NCBI RefSeq assembly: GCF_009914755.1
Contig: NC_060936.1
Source of the DNA: the human T2T-CHM13v2.0 reference genome, Homo sapiens
Direction: 5' to 3' (one strand)
Length of the DNA stretch: 64,000 nucleotides
Every line of letters starts with the position of its first letter. The first letter of the stretch is position 1. The notes under the pieces were generated by a model that did no database searches, was not told the origin of the DNA, and saw only the letters and a list, made by a program, of their open reading frames with translations. Both the position numbers and the translations under genes were made by a program. Below, piece after piece: positions 35,228 to 51,343 of the stretch.

Positions 35228-35425
35228 CAAAGAGTTGACAAACTTTTCTGTAAGGGAATAGATAGTAAGTATTTTAGGCTTTGTGGGCCAGGCAGGTTGT
35301 TTCACAACTCTTCAATGCTGCCATTCTAGTGCAAGAGTGGTCATGGACAATACGGACATGAATGGACGTGGCTATGTCCAATGAAACTTCATTGACAGTA
35401 ACAGTGGGTGCAAGTTTTCCCTTGT
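35228..35425. mobile_element. MER58A (hAT-Charlie) MITE
   Basis: gacaaacttttctgtaaggg...atagtaagtattttaggctttgtgggcc...gacaatacggacatgaatggacgtggctatgtccaatgaaactt. Confidence 0.8.
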
Positions 35426-36234
35426 ATGTAGTAACAAGTCTATGTAATAAAAAAGCATTTTGTTTTAGTTTATCTACTAACATTTTCCCTTAGCATTTAA
35501 TAAAATAATAGTACATACTATAATGTTGATTTGTTGTTCTTAGTTTTAATAAATTAATTGACTACTATCTTTTTTTAATTACCTTTATGCATTTGCAATG
35601 GCATGTTAACCAAATAAGAATATAAAACCTCTTACATTCTAGAATTTTGGAGGGCTTTCCAATTTGGCCCATTGATATAATTTTCTAATCTCACCACAGG
35701 AATATACTATTTAAAAAATTACAATTTTATAATATGTTTTGTTATGTTTTAGTGACCCTTAACATCTCTTCCTGATAAAAATCATTTTGTTATTATCACA
35801 AACTTATTTTTTCAGATAAACTTTACAACACATTAAGTTGCAAAAATACAGTCATTGAGATCATGGTTGTAATTACATTAAACCAACCAAATTAGTTTGA
35901 GACGAATTAAAATATTTACAGTATTAAGTTCTTGAATCTAGGAAATCAAGTGTTTTTTTTAAAAAATGGTAAAGTTTTTTACTTTATTCAAATATGTCCC
36001 ACATATTTCTTATGAGTCAATTCCTAGATAATTAATATTTTGTGATTACAAATAATGTAAAATTTTGTTTTCTGTTTTGGTTTTTAGTTTGCTTCAGTTG
36101 GCATATAATACAAATACTGATTTTTAGAAAGTATTTACTTAACATTCTCATATTAATATTTTTAATGATATCTTTAGTTGGCTCTCCTTAGTTTTCTAGA
36201 AAGACAACAGTATTAAATATCAACTACATGGTTA

Positions 36235-37184
36235 TTTCTCTTTTATAATTATTTATTTTTAATTTTAGTGAGGATATAGTAGGTGTAGATACTTTGGGGA
36301 TAAATGAGATATTTTGATACAGACATGCAAGGCATAATAATCACTTTAGGGTAAATGAGGTATCCCTCACTTCAGGCACTTACCCTTTGTGTTACAGGCC
36401 ATCCAATTAAACCTTTAGTCATTTTATTTAATGTAATTTTTTTTTACTCTTAGTTACTTAAAAATGTACAATAAAATTATTATTTACTATGGTCACCCTG
36501 TTGTACTATCAAATGGTAGGTTTTGTTCATTCTTCCAACTACTTATTTGTACCCATTAAGCATTCCAACTTCCCCCCAACCCCCACTACCCTTCCCAGCC
36601 ACTATGTCTCCATGAGTTCATTTGTTGTAATTTTTAGTTCACACAAATAAGTGAGAATATGTGAAGCTTGTCTTTTTTGTGCCTGACTTATTTTGCTTAA
36701 CATAATGGTCTCCAGTTCCATCCATTTTGTTGCAAATGACAGACTCTCATTTTTTTCTTTCAAGGCTTAATAGTACTTTATTGTCTATATGCACCACATT
36801 TTTTTATCCATTCATATGTTGATGGACACTTAGGTTGCTTCCAAATCTTGGCTATTGTGAACAGTGCTGCAATAAACATGAGAGTGCAGATATCACTTCA
36901 ATATACCGATTTCCCTTCTTTTGGATATATACCTAGCAGTAGGATTGCTGGATCATATGGTACCTGTACTTCCGGTTTTATGAGGAACTTCCAAACTTTT
37001 CTCCATAGTTGTTGTACTAATTTACATTCCCACCAAGAGTTTACAAGGATCCCCTTTCTCCACATTCTCACCAGCATTTGTTATTGCCTGTATTTTGGGA
37101 AAAATGCCATTTTAACTGCAGTGAGATGATATTTCATTTTAGTTTTCATTTGCATTTATCTGATGATCAATGATACTGAGCACC
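36235..37184 (-). mobile_element. L1MA2/3-like 3' end
   Basis: atagtaggtgtagatactttgggg...gagatattttgatacagacatgcaa...cccactacccttcccagcc...atgagagtgcagatatcacttcaatataccgatttcc. Confidence 0.85.
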
Positions 37185-37402
37185 TTTTCTTTTTTTCCTT
37201 TGTTTGTTTGCTACAGGATCTCACTCTGTCTCCCAGGCTACAGTGCAGTGGCCTGATCACAGCTCACTTCAGCCTCAACCAGTCCTCCTGCCTCAGCCTC
37301 CAGAGTACCTGGGACCACAAGCATGGATCACAATACTTGGCTATTTATTTATTTATTGTGGAGGTGGGGTCTTCCTATGTTGCTCAGGCTGGTGTTAAAC
37401 CC
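37185..37402 (-). mobile_element. Truncated AluJ
   Basis: acaggatctcactctgtctcccaggctacagtgcagtgg...ctcctgcctcagcctcc...ggggtcttcctatgttgctcaggctgg. Confidence 0.85.
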
Positions 37403-37590
37403 TTGGTTTTAGTATTAGGGTGATATTGGCTTCACAAAATTGTTTGGGGAGGATTTCCTCTTTCTCTATCTTTTGGAATAGTGTCAGTAGGATTGTTACC
37501 AACTATTTTTTGCATGTCTGGTAGAATTCAGTTGTGAATCCATCTGGCCTTTTTTTTTTTGTTGGTAACTTTTTTTGTTGTTGGTAACTT
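37403..37590 (-). mobile_element. L1 ORF2 fragment (L1PB/L1MA-like)
   Basis: ggttttagtattagggtgatattggcttc...ggaatagtgtcagtaggattg...ggtagaattcagttgtgaatccatctgg, homologous to 12295-12440. Confidence 0.8.
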
Positions 37591-37594
37591 TTTT

Positions 37595-39505
<1,911 letters not shown>

Positions 39506-39802
39506 GAAGACAGACCCTTTTTTTTAGGGTTTTTTTGTTTTTTGTTTTTACCTTGAAATTCCTTTTGTTTCATCCTAATATTCTTTGTTGTTGTTGTTTC
39601 ATGCTAATATTCTTAAACCTCTTTTTATTAACTTTTCTTCTATTATTTCTTCTGCTATCCCTTTATGTAAAACCTTTGGTTTCAATTTATTTTAGGTGTC
39701 TGTCTTTCATATAATATATAGCTAGATTATTTTTAAACACATTCTGAGAGTTCTTGTCTTTTAATAGGGAAATAAACATGCATATTTAATATGACAGGTT
39801 AA

Positions 39803-41211
39803 TTATTTTTAGTTTTAAGTTCCAGGATACATGTGTAAAATGTGCAGGTTTGTTACATAAGTAAATGTGTGCCAAGGTGGTTTGCTGCACCTATCAACCC
39901 AGCACCTAGGTGTTAAGCCCAGAATGCATTAACTATTTTTCCTGATGCTCTCATCCACCCTGCCCTTCCTCAACAAACCCCAGTGTGTGTGGTTCCCCTC
40001 CGTGTGTCCATGAGTTCTCATTTCTCAGCTTCCACTTATAAGTAAGACCATGCAGTATTTGGTTTTATGTTTCTGTGTTAGTCTGCAGAGGATAATGGCT
40101 TCCAGCTTCATCCATGTTCCTGCAAAGGAATGATCTCATTCTCTTTTATGCTGCGTAGTATTCCATGGTGTATATGTACCACATTTTCTTTATCCAGTCT
40201 ATTGTAGATGGGCATTTCAGTTAATTCCATGTCTTTGCTATTGTGAATAGTGCTGCAATGAACATACACATGCATGTATCTTTATAATACAATTATTTAT
40301 ATTCCTTTGGGTATATACCCAGTAATGGGATTGCTGAGTCAAGTGGTATTTCTGGTTCTAAATCTTTAAGGAATCACCACACTGTCTTCCACCATGGTTG
40401 AACTAATTTACATTCCTACCAACACTGTAAAAGTGTTTCTATTTCTCTGTAACCTCGCCAGCATCTGTTATTTCTTGACTTCTTAATAATTGCCGTTCTG
40501 ATTGGCATGAGATGGTATCTCATTGTGGTTTTGATTTGCATTTCTCTAATGATCAATAATGTTGAGCATTTTTTCATATGTTTGTTGGCCACATAAATGT
40601 CTTCTTTTGAGAACTGTCTGTTCATGTCCCTTGCCCACTTTTTAATGGGGTTGTTTTTTTCCTTGTAAATTTGCTGAAGTTCCTTGTAGATTGTGGATAT
40701 TAAACCTTTGTCAGATGGATAGATTGCAAAAATTTTCTCGCATTGTGTACATTGTCTGTTCACTCTGATGATAGTTTATTTTGCTGTGAAGAAGCTCTTT
40801 ATTTTAATTAGATCCCATTTGTCAATTTTTGCTTTTGTTGCAATTGCTTTTTCTGATTTTATCAAAAAATCTTTGCCTGTGCCTATATCCTGAATGGTAT
40901 TGTCTAGATTTTGTTCTAGGGTTTTTATAGTTTTGGGTTTTACATTTAAGTCTTTAATCCATCTTGAGTTAATTTTTGTATAAGATATAAGGAAGCAGTC
41001 CAGTTTTGATTTTCTGCATATGGCTAGCCAGTTCTCCCAGCACCATTTATTAAATAGGGAATCCTTTCCCCATTGCTTATTTTTTTCAGATTTGTCAAAG
41101 ATCAGATGGTTGTAGATGTACTTTTTTTTTATTTCTGAGTTCTCTATTCTGTTCCATTATTCTATGTGCCTGTTTTTATACCAGTACCATGCTATTTTGG
41201 TTACTGTAGCC
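39803..41211 (-). mobile_element. L1PA10-like 5'-truncated element
   Basis: taagcccagaatgcattaactatttttcctgatgctctc...cccagtgtgtgtggttcccctcc; ORF2 C-terminus [15 protein letters not shown]...TTMRYHL. Confidence 0.9.
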
Positions 41212-41269
41212 TAACTGCTAATGTCTAGATCAATTTATACTATCAAACTTTGTGTTTTGTATTAGAATA

Positions 41270-41668
41270 CAGGTGACCCTTGAACAACATGCGTTTGAAC
41301 TGCACAGATCCATTTATACACGTATAACCTCCTCTTTCTGCCTGTCCTCTGCCTGCTCACCATGAAGACAATGAGGACAAAGACCTTATGATGGTCCACT
41401 TCCACTTAATGAACAGTAAATGTAGTTTCTCTTCCTTATGACTTTCTTAGTAAATTTTCCTTTTTCCAGCTTACTTGGTTGTAAATATACAGTATATAAT
41501 ACAGAGAACATACAAAACATATGTTAATCCAATGTTTATGTGTTGGTAAGGCTTCCAATCAGCAGTAGGCTATTGGTTACATTTCGGGGTTGTCAAACGT
41601 TATATACAGATATTCAACTGTGAGGGTAGTTGGTACTCATAACCTCTGAGTTGTTCAAGGGTCAGCTG
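41270..41668 (+). mobile_element. Tigger2a-like MITE with TIRs and TA duplication
   Basis: TA|caggtgacccttgaacaac ... gttgttcaagggtcagctg|TA. Confidence 0.9.
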
Positions 41669-41848
41669 TACTTGCTGCTTCTTTTTTAAAAAAAGAATCT
41701 TTTTTCTTACTTCTTATTTTGTTAACTCAATTTTATTCATTCAATGTTTTTCTCTAGTTGTTTGAAAGTTATATATATTTGATTCTCTAGCAATAACTGT
41801 ATCATACATTTACTTTGTTTACTATATCATGTAAATTCACCCATTCCA

Positions 41849-42260
41849 GTTGTTAGGAATTGGATTGTGCCACACCTCAAAATTTTTATGTTGAAGTTCC
41901 CCTAATAAGTTAACTTCTAATTCTATAACATGTGAATTTATTTGAACATAGGGTCTTTAAAAAGTCAATTAAGGTTAAATGTAGTTATTAAGGTAGGTTC
42001 TCATCCAATGGCTGGTGTCCATTTTAACAAGAGGACATTCAGATACAAGCACATATCAGATGGAGGGACCTTGTGAAGACCCAGGGAGAAGGCATTGATT
42101 TACAAGCCAAGTAGAGAGACCTCAGAAGAAACAACACTGTCAACACCTTGGTTTGGGATGTTTAGTCTCCAGAACTGTGAGAAAGTAAAAAATTTCTGTG
42201 TGTTTAATAAGTCACCCAGTCTGTGGTACCTTGTTATGGCAGCCCTAACAAATGAACACA
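41849..42260 (+). mobile_element. MaLR solo LTR (MLT1B-like)
   Basis: tgttaggaattggattgtg...tatgttgaagttccc...atagggtctttaaa...tacaagccaagtagagagacctcagaagaaac...ctccagaactgtgag...gttatggcagccctaacaaatgaacaca. Confidence 0.85.
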
Positions 42261-42449
42261 CCAAGGATAATTAGTATTTACATTCTCCCCTAATAAAAGG
42301 GTGTTAGAATAATTTTATTTTCTTTACTCCTCAGCCCTTTTTTAGATCATCTGAGTGGTAAATATCAGGTTGTTTCTTTTTAAATTTAATATTTCATTAA
42401 GCTTTAACATGTATTACATCGGTTTATTTCCTTACAACCATTTATTGTT

Positions 42450-43300
42450 TACTACATCTTCCTCATTCTTAGATATATTTTTCATTTTTCTCCATTATTT
42501 GTTCTATTAATTTCTTCAAAGACATCTGTGGAAAATTTATAGATCCTCACATATTTAACGATTTCTTTGTTTTGTCACTGCACTAATTTAGTTGAATATG
42601 TATTTTATGGTCAAAATAATTTCAACCTTGGAATTTGAAGTTGCTGCTCCATTATCTTCTATCACAAATGTGATCAATAGGCTTTTCACGCCACTGTGTT
42701 TTTTATTCCTTTGTGGACATATTTTACTTATTATTGGTTTCAATATTTTTATTCCCCCATAGCAGCTTTTAAATTTTCAGTTTTATTCCTGTTGCTCTGA
42801 CATTTATCCTACATATGTTGGCGTCTTTTTAAACCCCTATTCACATATTTGAAAAGCATTTCTGTCTAAATTACCACATAGCCACTAAATAATTTTTCCA
42901 TTTTATTATTTGCCTTTGCTCATTCTCTGTTTTGAATTCTGTATATGCTTCTAGATAGATTTCAAAACTTCTGATTTTTTTCTTCATATATATAGCCTTT
43001 TACTGTCAGATTATACATTTGCACCTCATACTGTGGAAACCTTTCATGTTCATTTCCAGTTATAACTTCTTTCTTAGCTGTATCTATTTTTATAATCGAA
43101 GACAACTAATGAGACTTTAAAAATTATATTTTAAATTCCTTTGTCTCTAGTTGTTTCTTTTTCATGGATTTAATATCTACTCAAAACCTCATAAAACCTC
43201 ATTAAACACATTATACTTAATTTAACTTTGTGTTTGTTCTTCTCTCTCAACAGTATTAGTTCTTTGGTCTATTAAGTTTGTGGCTAATTTCTTTTCCTGG
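42450..43300 (-). mobile_element. Ancient L1ME-like fragment (ORF1 side)
   Basis: T-rich, diverged; gaatttgaagttgctgctccattatcttct resembles the minus strand of old L1 ORF1. Confidence 0.45.
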
Positions 43301-43920
43301 GAACCAAATATCTGGTGACATTTCCTCTCTCTGCTCATCTGAGTGTTTGAGAGTCACTGTTCACAAGACTATAACTGTCAGTTCTGATTAAAGAATTTTG
43401 TCTACAATGACGGTGGGCAGGAGTAGGAACAGGATGTGCTGTCAGGGAGGGTTTACCAGGCTCAAGTGATCTCTGTTCTTTTCATAGTCTGAATATTAGT
43501 ATATAAAGAGTATATTCTATATTCCTCTAGGGAGAACATGGATAAATAAAATTGAAAATGTAGTTTGAAAAGACTGTAGAAATGGCTTAATTATTAAAGT
43601 TGTGGATCTTGTGGATTGATGAAAATGAATTCCTCCTAACAACTCCTAGTCTCTTAATATCTTTACACAAATGAGGCAATAAATTTCAAAGATTTTGGAA
43701 GCCAGTTCATTATTACTACCTCAAGTGAGTCTTACTGGAGTTAGATGTTGCCTTACACCTCCCAAATAAGAAATCTTTTAGCAGAATTTATGCAATCATG
43801 GGTTACAAAACTGGCATACTTAGACACTGAAATCATAAACTTTATTATTATTAACCATGTTCATATAATGGAACTAACTTTTAAACTAACATGCATCCAT
43901 TTCACTAGTATTATGCTGTG

Positions 43921-44288
43921 TGCGATATGATCTGAATGTTTGTATACCCCCAAAATTCATGTATTGAAACTAACGTCAAAGGTGATAGTGTTAGGAGGTG
44001 GGGCCTTTGCAAGGGGATTAGGTCAAGAGGGCTTTTTCCTTATGAATGGCATGAGTGCCCTCATGAAAGAGAACTGAGGGAAGTTGTTTGCCTCTTCTGT
44101 CAAGTGAGGACAGATGAAGAATGCCTATTTAGACGCCAGAAAGCATAACCTTACCAGACGCTGAGTCTGCTGGTGCCTTGAGTTTTAGACTTCCTAGTCT
44201 CCCAAACTGTGAAAATTAAATTTCTGTTCATTTTAATCCACCTAGATTATGGGTTTTTCATTATAGTATCCCAAACTGACTGAGGCAG
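43921..44288 (+). mobile_element. MaLR solo LTR (MLT1A0-like)
   Basis: tatgatctgaatgtttgtatacccccaaaattcatgtattgaaac...ttaggaggtggggccttt...tctgctggtgccttga...aactgactgaggca. Confidence 0.85.
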
Positions 44289-44780
44289 CATGATGTACCT
44301 ATTGCTTTTATTATTATAAAGACTCTATAGAAAAGTTTGATATCCACATGTGTCCAGTGGTTACTGTATGGGACAGCATAGTTCTAGAGGGAGTAAGCAT
44401 ATGACAAGCAGTTTAACAGCTAAACATATAATATATTCGGTGGTAAAAAAGAGTCCTTTGAACAAAGCAAGATAGGTAAAGGGACCAATAATTATGAGTG
44501 GAGGAGTGTGCTATTTTAAATAGTTAAGGTGGACAGACTAGTGTTCTCTGATAAGGTGACATTTAAGCAGAAACCTGAAATAATGAAAATAATATGCCTA
44601 ACACAATACACAGCATGTAGTAAGTACCAAATACATTTTAGTGCTCATTACTAGCTAAGAAGAATTGTGTTATTCACTCCATACTTGAACTATATTATAA
44701 TGGACTTCTTATTTTAGAAGAAAATTTTCCTTTATTTTTAAACAAACCAAAAATACTGTTACTTAAAAATATTAAATTCT

Positions 44781-45071
<291 letters not shown>

Positions 45072-47555
45072 TTAATTAATTAATTAAATTCTAGTCATGA
45101 TTTCATAAAAAGAAATATTCTCCTTGCAGTATCAACAGAGAGAAAATAGCTAACTAAGTACTATAACAATAACTCAGTAGAGAACAAAGAACAGTTTATT
45201 GGTCTCCCAATTTCTTTTTAAATGAAAAACAGTGAAGTTCAATCTTAAACAAAGTTTTCCTGCCAGCAAAGTTGTCAGATGTATGAAAGGGGAAGTTGTT
45301 GCTCAGCAACACAATGAGACTGAGCTCCCATGATAAGTTCTTACATAACCTCCAAACGGTACATTGGATAACAATGCTATTGGGGCAAGTGGAAAACTTG
45401 CTTTCATAGACAGCAAGCATTTTTGAAATCATTCTTAATTAAAAGTTGAACACTAATTTTCTTACGGTGAAACTTTTATAGTTACACCATGTCCTTATTT
45501 ATGTTTTACGACTTAAAGTGCAATTTACCTCATGCTAAGAACATTCATTGTGACAGTTCTGTTGGAAATTTTGCATTCTATTTCAAATGAAGCCTTCCCT
45601 TTATGATTCTGTCTTTAACTTGGGTGACTCAAAGATCTTTTCCCACCTTTGATTTAAGTCTTTGACTAGCTACAGCTATATTAGGTTGAACCTCACCCAA
45701 TGATCAATTTTTGTTACCTTTGAAACATTCTAGAATGGTTTAGATGCAGTGTTTGATTAGACTTGAAAATGAAATTTTTTTTAAAGGTAAACAAGCCCTT
45801 CTCTGAAGGCATTGAGGGAAAACCTGCAAGGTCATCATATTTTACAATGTATCTACCTAACTAAATCCTATTCAGATTTTAATCCCTAATTCAAATCCTA
45901 ACTCCTCCATATGGTCTTTCCAAGGACCCTAGATGATAAGGCTTTAATCATGTGTTGCTTTTATGCCTCTATTCTCCTCTTTATTTTAGTCACATTTCTT
46001 TTGGAATGCAGCAAATACATTTTATCATACCTTTACTTTCCCTTGGGAACTTACTGACATGCTGTGCCCAAAGTATGTAATGAAATAACAAGAATAATAC
46101 ATAGTAACTTTATATGGGACCTTATACTTTTTATAACATTTTACCTATGTTATCTACATGAAAACTAGGGTTTACATATGTTGACTGGGTACCTTTCAGT
46201 TAGAAGTGAAAGGGCTTTGTTGACTATAAATATCTAATTTGATCCTCATGGATGAGAAAATTTTATTTTAAACAGAGTGTAGATGAAGAATCTGAGCTTC
46301 ACATTAAGCTATTTGAAAGAAACTTATAAGTAGTCAGGGGTCAGCAATCTGATTCTTTTTCTCTTTATTGTAATCTAAAATGTCTTAATGAATGCTTGGA
46401 AAAATGAAGAAATAAGTGATAGACTTAAGGAAGGAATAAATGATTGAATACTTTTTTTTAATTTTATCACCATCTTTCATTCATCACCCAACATTGTCTA
46501 TCTGTTGATAAATATCAGATACAATGTTCTTCATTCTTTTTCTTGATATTTTGCTAGCTCAATCCTAATTAGTTTTCAGCCATTTGATATCTACCACCTA
46601 GTATTTCACTTTCTTAGTGTCTAACTTATCCTCCTTTCAATCCATCCTATTCTTAAAGTGAGAATCATTTCCCGCAAATTCCATTTTGATCACTCATATC
46701 TATATACTAAAACTAAGAAAGGATTTCCTTTGCCCAATATATCTGAGACAGATAATCAAGCCCCTTATTTAAATTTCTTTATTTTATTTTATTTTCTTGA
46801 GCCATCATATCACCTACTATAGCATTCAAAAAAGCAAATCTACTCTGCCTCTCTCTTACTCGTTTTTCTTGCTTCTTTGTCTTTTTGTCGCTCATTATCT
46901 ATCAATTCATACTCTACTCTTTTTTCAGTTACTACCTGATTCAAACTTTACCTCCTTAGGAAATAATTCTAATCATGGCTTTGGGAAACTCCTCCGCAAC
47001 CCCCACCCCCACATGCAAACTTGTTTGCATAGCATTTGAAGTGTTAATATATGTCCTTGAATAAATAATCTGGTTGTTATAGTCTGTCCTCTTTCTTTTC
47101 TAGATTGCTATGTGATGACAACCATATGTTTCTTAGCTGCCTCTATAATGTTACCACCAAAAAATATTGTTAAAAAGTGTTTTCTCACCTTGAATGCGCA
47201 GCTCTTCACAGAGCTGTTTTGGTATTCAAACAATTGCCTAAGATTTCTTTCAAGGCATATCAAAGGTGAAAAATAATGTTCTCTATTTCAAAGATTTTGC
47301 CAAGTTACCAAGAATAGCATAAGTCAGTAAGACATACCAGGGGAATACAAATATTTCTGTATGTTGTTAATATGTCTAATAAAATGAGAATCTTTTGTAC
47401 TGCCTCAAGCTTTTTCTCTCTTTCTGTAGAAATAACATAGAGATGTATGTAACCTCAGAATAAAATCTTATGCATGTCATGAAGAAAGCAAAGCTTATAT
47501 GTAATAATTAATAGGGGCCAGTCTTCTCCTTCAATTATAGCTACAAAATATCTAA

Positions 47556-48052
<497 letters not shown>

Positions 48053-48379
48053 TAAAACCTAGGAACACATGTAAAATTGCTGAAATTAAGGCAGAGAAGC
48101 ATTTAGCAAGAGGCTTTCATCAATTAGAATAGATCAGAAAACAGCTCTCATATGTATATGGGTTTGTATGTTTGATAGATAATGTTCCCTAATGAATACA
48201 CAAATAAGCAACTTCTCCCTCTGTCCTCTCAGAGGGAAGAAGAGGACCAAGGTACTTCTTAACTAAGCCACCCTTTTCATCTGGAAGCTTTAACCTACTC
48301 TTTTTTTTCCCCCTCGAATTTCTTAATTTTATAGAAACTTTCTCTGATAATTTTTGTTCTCCAACATTAGCATATACAA

Positions 48380-49900
48380 TTAAGTCTTCTGACTACTGTG
48401 GCCCCTTCTCTGTCCTTGTTTTACCCATTACACTGTCTGAACAATACAGCCTGCCACATGAGTGGAAGTTTAATTTCCTATATATCCATATTTCAACATA
48501 TTCCCTTCTCTTTCCATCCATCTCTCCCTCCTCCCCATCTCAGGTGAAGGATATTCTAGTTTTTAAAGATCATCATTTTCACTCAGCAATAAATCCCATC
48601 CACTTCCACCAACTTAAATTTCCTCTTTAATCATCTTTTTTCTGTCTCTACCTATTTTGTTTTTCCTACTGATGACTTTTACATCAAGTCCCTTCCAATT
48701 TATACAAGAGTAACAACAACAAAATGGTAAAAAAATAAAATAAAATAAAAAGCCCACGTTTTTAACTTTATTCCATTTGTCACTCTAAACTCTTTTATAT
48801 TTTTTAGCCACATTACTTAATAACAACTCTAATGCTCACTGAGTACTTACTAGTACTCTGGCATTGTTGTAAACATTCCATATATATCAATCTGTTTGAT
48901 TCTCTTAATTAAGTGCTACAGTATTACTTTTTACAGATGAGGAAACTGAAACACAGTGCAGTCATATAACTTTCACAAAGTCGGTCAGTTAAACGCAGAG
49001 CCGAGATCCAAATCTAAGCAATCTGTATCCAATGTCCATGCTTTAAACTGCCTACACTGTAGTCCATGTTTGGTAGAAAAGCTTCCACTCAATGTCTCAA
49101 CTTCCTCACTTAACACTTTAGCCCTCTACAATCTCTAGTGAAACTGCTGTGGCCAAATTCAACTTCTTAAAACCAATGAAAACTTTTAACTTTATCTTAT
49201 TTGACCTATGTGTAGCAACTGACATATTACTTTTTTCCTAGCTGTTCTTCATTGCTTCCCAATCAAATTCTTTCATTACTGCTTCTTCATCTGCCTTCAT
49301 GAATGTGGCTCCTTTTTATTTTACATCCTCTTGATGGATAATTTCATTCATTCCCATTACTCTTCCCAACCACAGATATATTAATGACTGCCCACTCAAT
49401 CTCCAACGCAGGTTTTTTCCCCTTAGTTCATATGTCTGATTATCCACCAGATATTTCTACTCGGTTCTTCACAGGCACTGTGATTCTTGTGTTCAGAATG
49501 AAACTCAACACCTTTCCCAAGTATGATCATCCAACTAGTTTCTCAAGGCAGAAAGTTGAGTTATTCTAGTTTTCTCAGTCTCTTTTTACTTCTTACAACC
49601 AATTTATCAGAAAGATGGGTGTATCACATCTTATCATTACTTAAATGTCACCTTTAAATGTCACCTTTTCTTTATCTCTCTACTATTCTTTTAGTTAAAG
49701 TCCTTATAATTCCACACACATATTATTGAAAAACCTCTCAACTAACCTCCCACTTTCAGTCTCATTTCCTTCTAATGTCTTCTAGTACTGAAAGGATTTT
49801 TTAACATTTTCATCAGTCATAGTGCTTTTCTTTTTAAAACTTTCAAAGACTTCTCTATTTTTTTCTGTCCAGAACAAAATTCATTCATATTACCATGACA
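48380..49900 (-). mobile_element. Diverged L2 fragments with an embedded MIR (~48830-49060)
   Basis: gaaactgctgtggccaaa...ttatcttatttgacctatgtgtagcaactgaca...ttcattcattccca (L2-like); ttttacagatgaggaaactgaaacacag (MIR core). Confidence 0.6.
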
Positions 49901-49979
49901 TATTAAGGTCCTGTTGGATCAAATCCTGTTTTCACTGTTATTGGGGGTTCTTGGTACAAGCCATTCTCTATATCAAATA

Positions 49980-50297
49980 CAAACATCCTCAAATAACAAT
50001 AGTTTGACTTACAATTTTTTGATATGCATTCAGTAGAAGCTATACATGAATGCCCATACAACAATTCTGCTTTCTACTTTCAGTACAGAGTTCAATAAAT
50101 TGAATGATGATTTTGCCCAAATGTAGGCTAATATAAGTATTCCCAGCATGTTTAAGGGAGGTTAGGCTAAGCTATAATGCTTAGTAATTTGAGTGCATTA
50201 AATATATTTTCAATTTAAGATGTTTTCAACTTATAATATTTTCAATTTACAGTCGGCTTATCAGGATTTATTCCCATTGCAAGTTGAGGACCATCTG
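49980..50297 (-). mobile_element. MER47A-like (TcMar-Tigger) MITE
   Basis: gatatgcattcagtagaa...actttcagtacag...gatgattttgcccaaatgtaggctaat...aggctaagcta...aagttgaggaccatctg|ta. Confidence 0.8.
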
Positions 50298-50316
50298 TAA
50301 TTAATATAATTCATAG

Positions 50317-50615
<299 letters not shown>

Positions 50616-50742
50616 TAATTCATAGCTTTCTAACCATGCCTTAGAATTATTCTCTATTATGTCTTTGTACATGGTATTCTCTTTGCCTAGAATATTTTGC
50701 AGTAAACCAAATGTCTTTTTATTCAATATTTCTATTATAGAA

Positions 50743-51343
50743 TGTAGGATATAATAAATTCCTCTTTAAAGGTTTTACCCTGTAAATTAAGTACAATGAT
50801 TTCTGAGATCCTCTCCAAAGAACCAATGTATCAGTATGGTCAGCTCTTCTGTTTGTTCTTCATGTTAAAGTTTAACTTCCTCATTCTCTTCTTCTCCTTG
50901 CCCCTAGTTTTAATAAACAACCTCCTCCTAGTCTCTATCACCTGCTCTGTCTTGAGTCACCCCTGGTCACTGCTCTGTCCTGTGTCACCCCTGGTCATCT
51001 GCTCCATCCTGAATCATCCTGAGTCACCTGTTCTGTAACCATCCTTCCCACTAAACTACTTACCCTGCCACTCTGACTTGTACCCCTGCTCTCTTTAAAA
51101 TAGCCAATCAGAATAAGTTTAGACTGTGTGGTCCAACCCTAGCCAATAGGGGAATGAAACAGAAGTAGGGGCTACCTGCGTCAGGAATAAAAACACCTTC
51201 CCCTCCCTTGTTCAGATGTGCTCTCGCCACTGCTCCATCCATGAGTCACGCCCTTCTATAGAAATGAAATTGTCTTGCTGAGGAAATTAAATTTATGTTT
51301 GAAGTGCTATTTCTTTTGTGGCACCAAAAATTTATTTCTAACA
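50743..51343 (+). mobile_element. LTR10-family (HERV-I, ERV1) solo LTR
   Basis: TG...CA termini; caaagaaccaatgtatcagtatg, internal cacctgctc...tgagtca repeats, two CCAAT boxes, ATTAAA, end gtggcaccaaaaatttatttctaaca; flanks tagaa/taaaa (degenerate TSD). Confidence 0.85.
50953..51248. promoter_or_regulatory. AP-1 motif cluster within LTR10 (candidate enhancer)
   Basis: TGAGTCA at 50953, 51020 and 51242; one-mismatch TGTGTCA at 50981 and TGAATCA at 51010. Confidence 0.5.

Larger units (their letters stand above)
34487..35555. mobile_element. Kanga/MER104-like TcMar-Tc2 DNA transposon relic, interrupted by an Alu and MER58A
   Basis: ctgtatttcatt...tttttcacattttaatatctctgaaa TIR-like start; tttaggaaatgccatattac...ctagatgaacagaggac internal motif. 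Confidence 0.5.
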
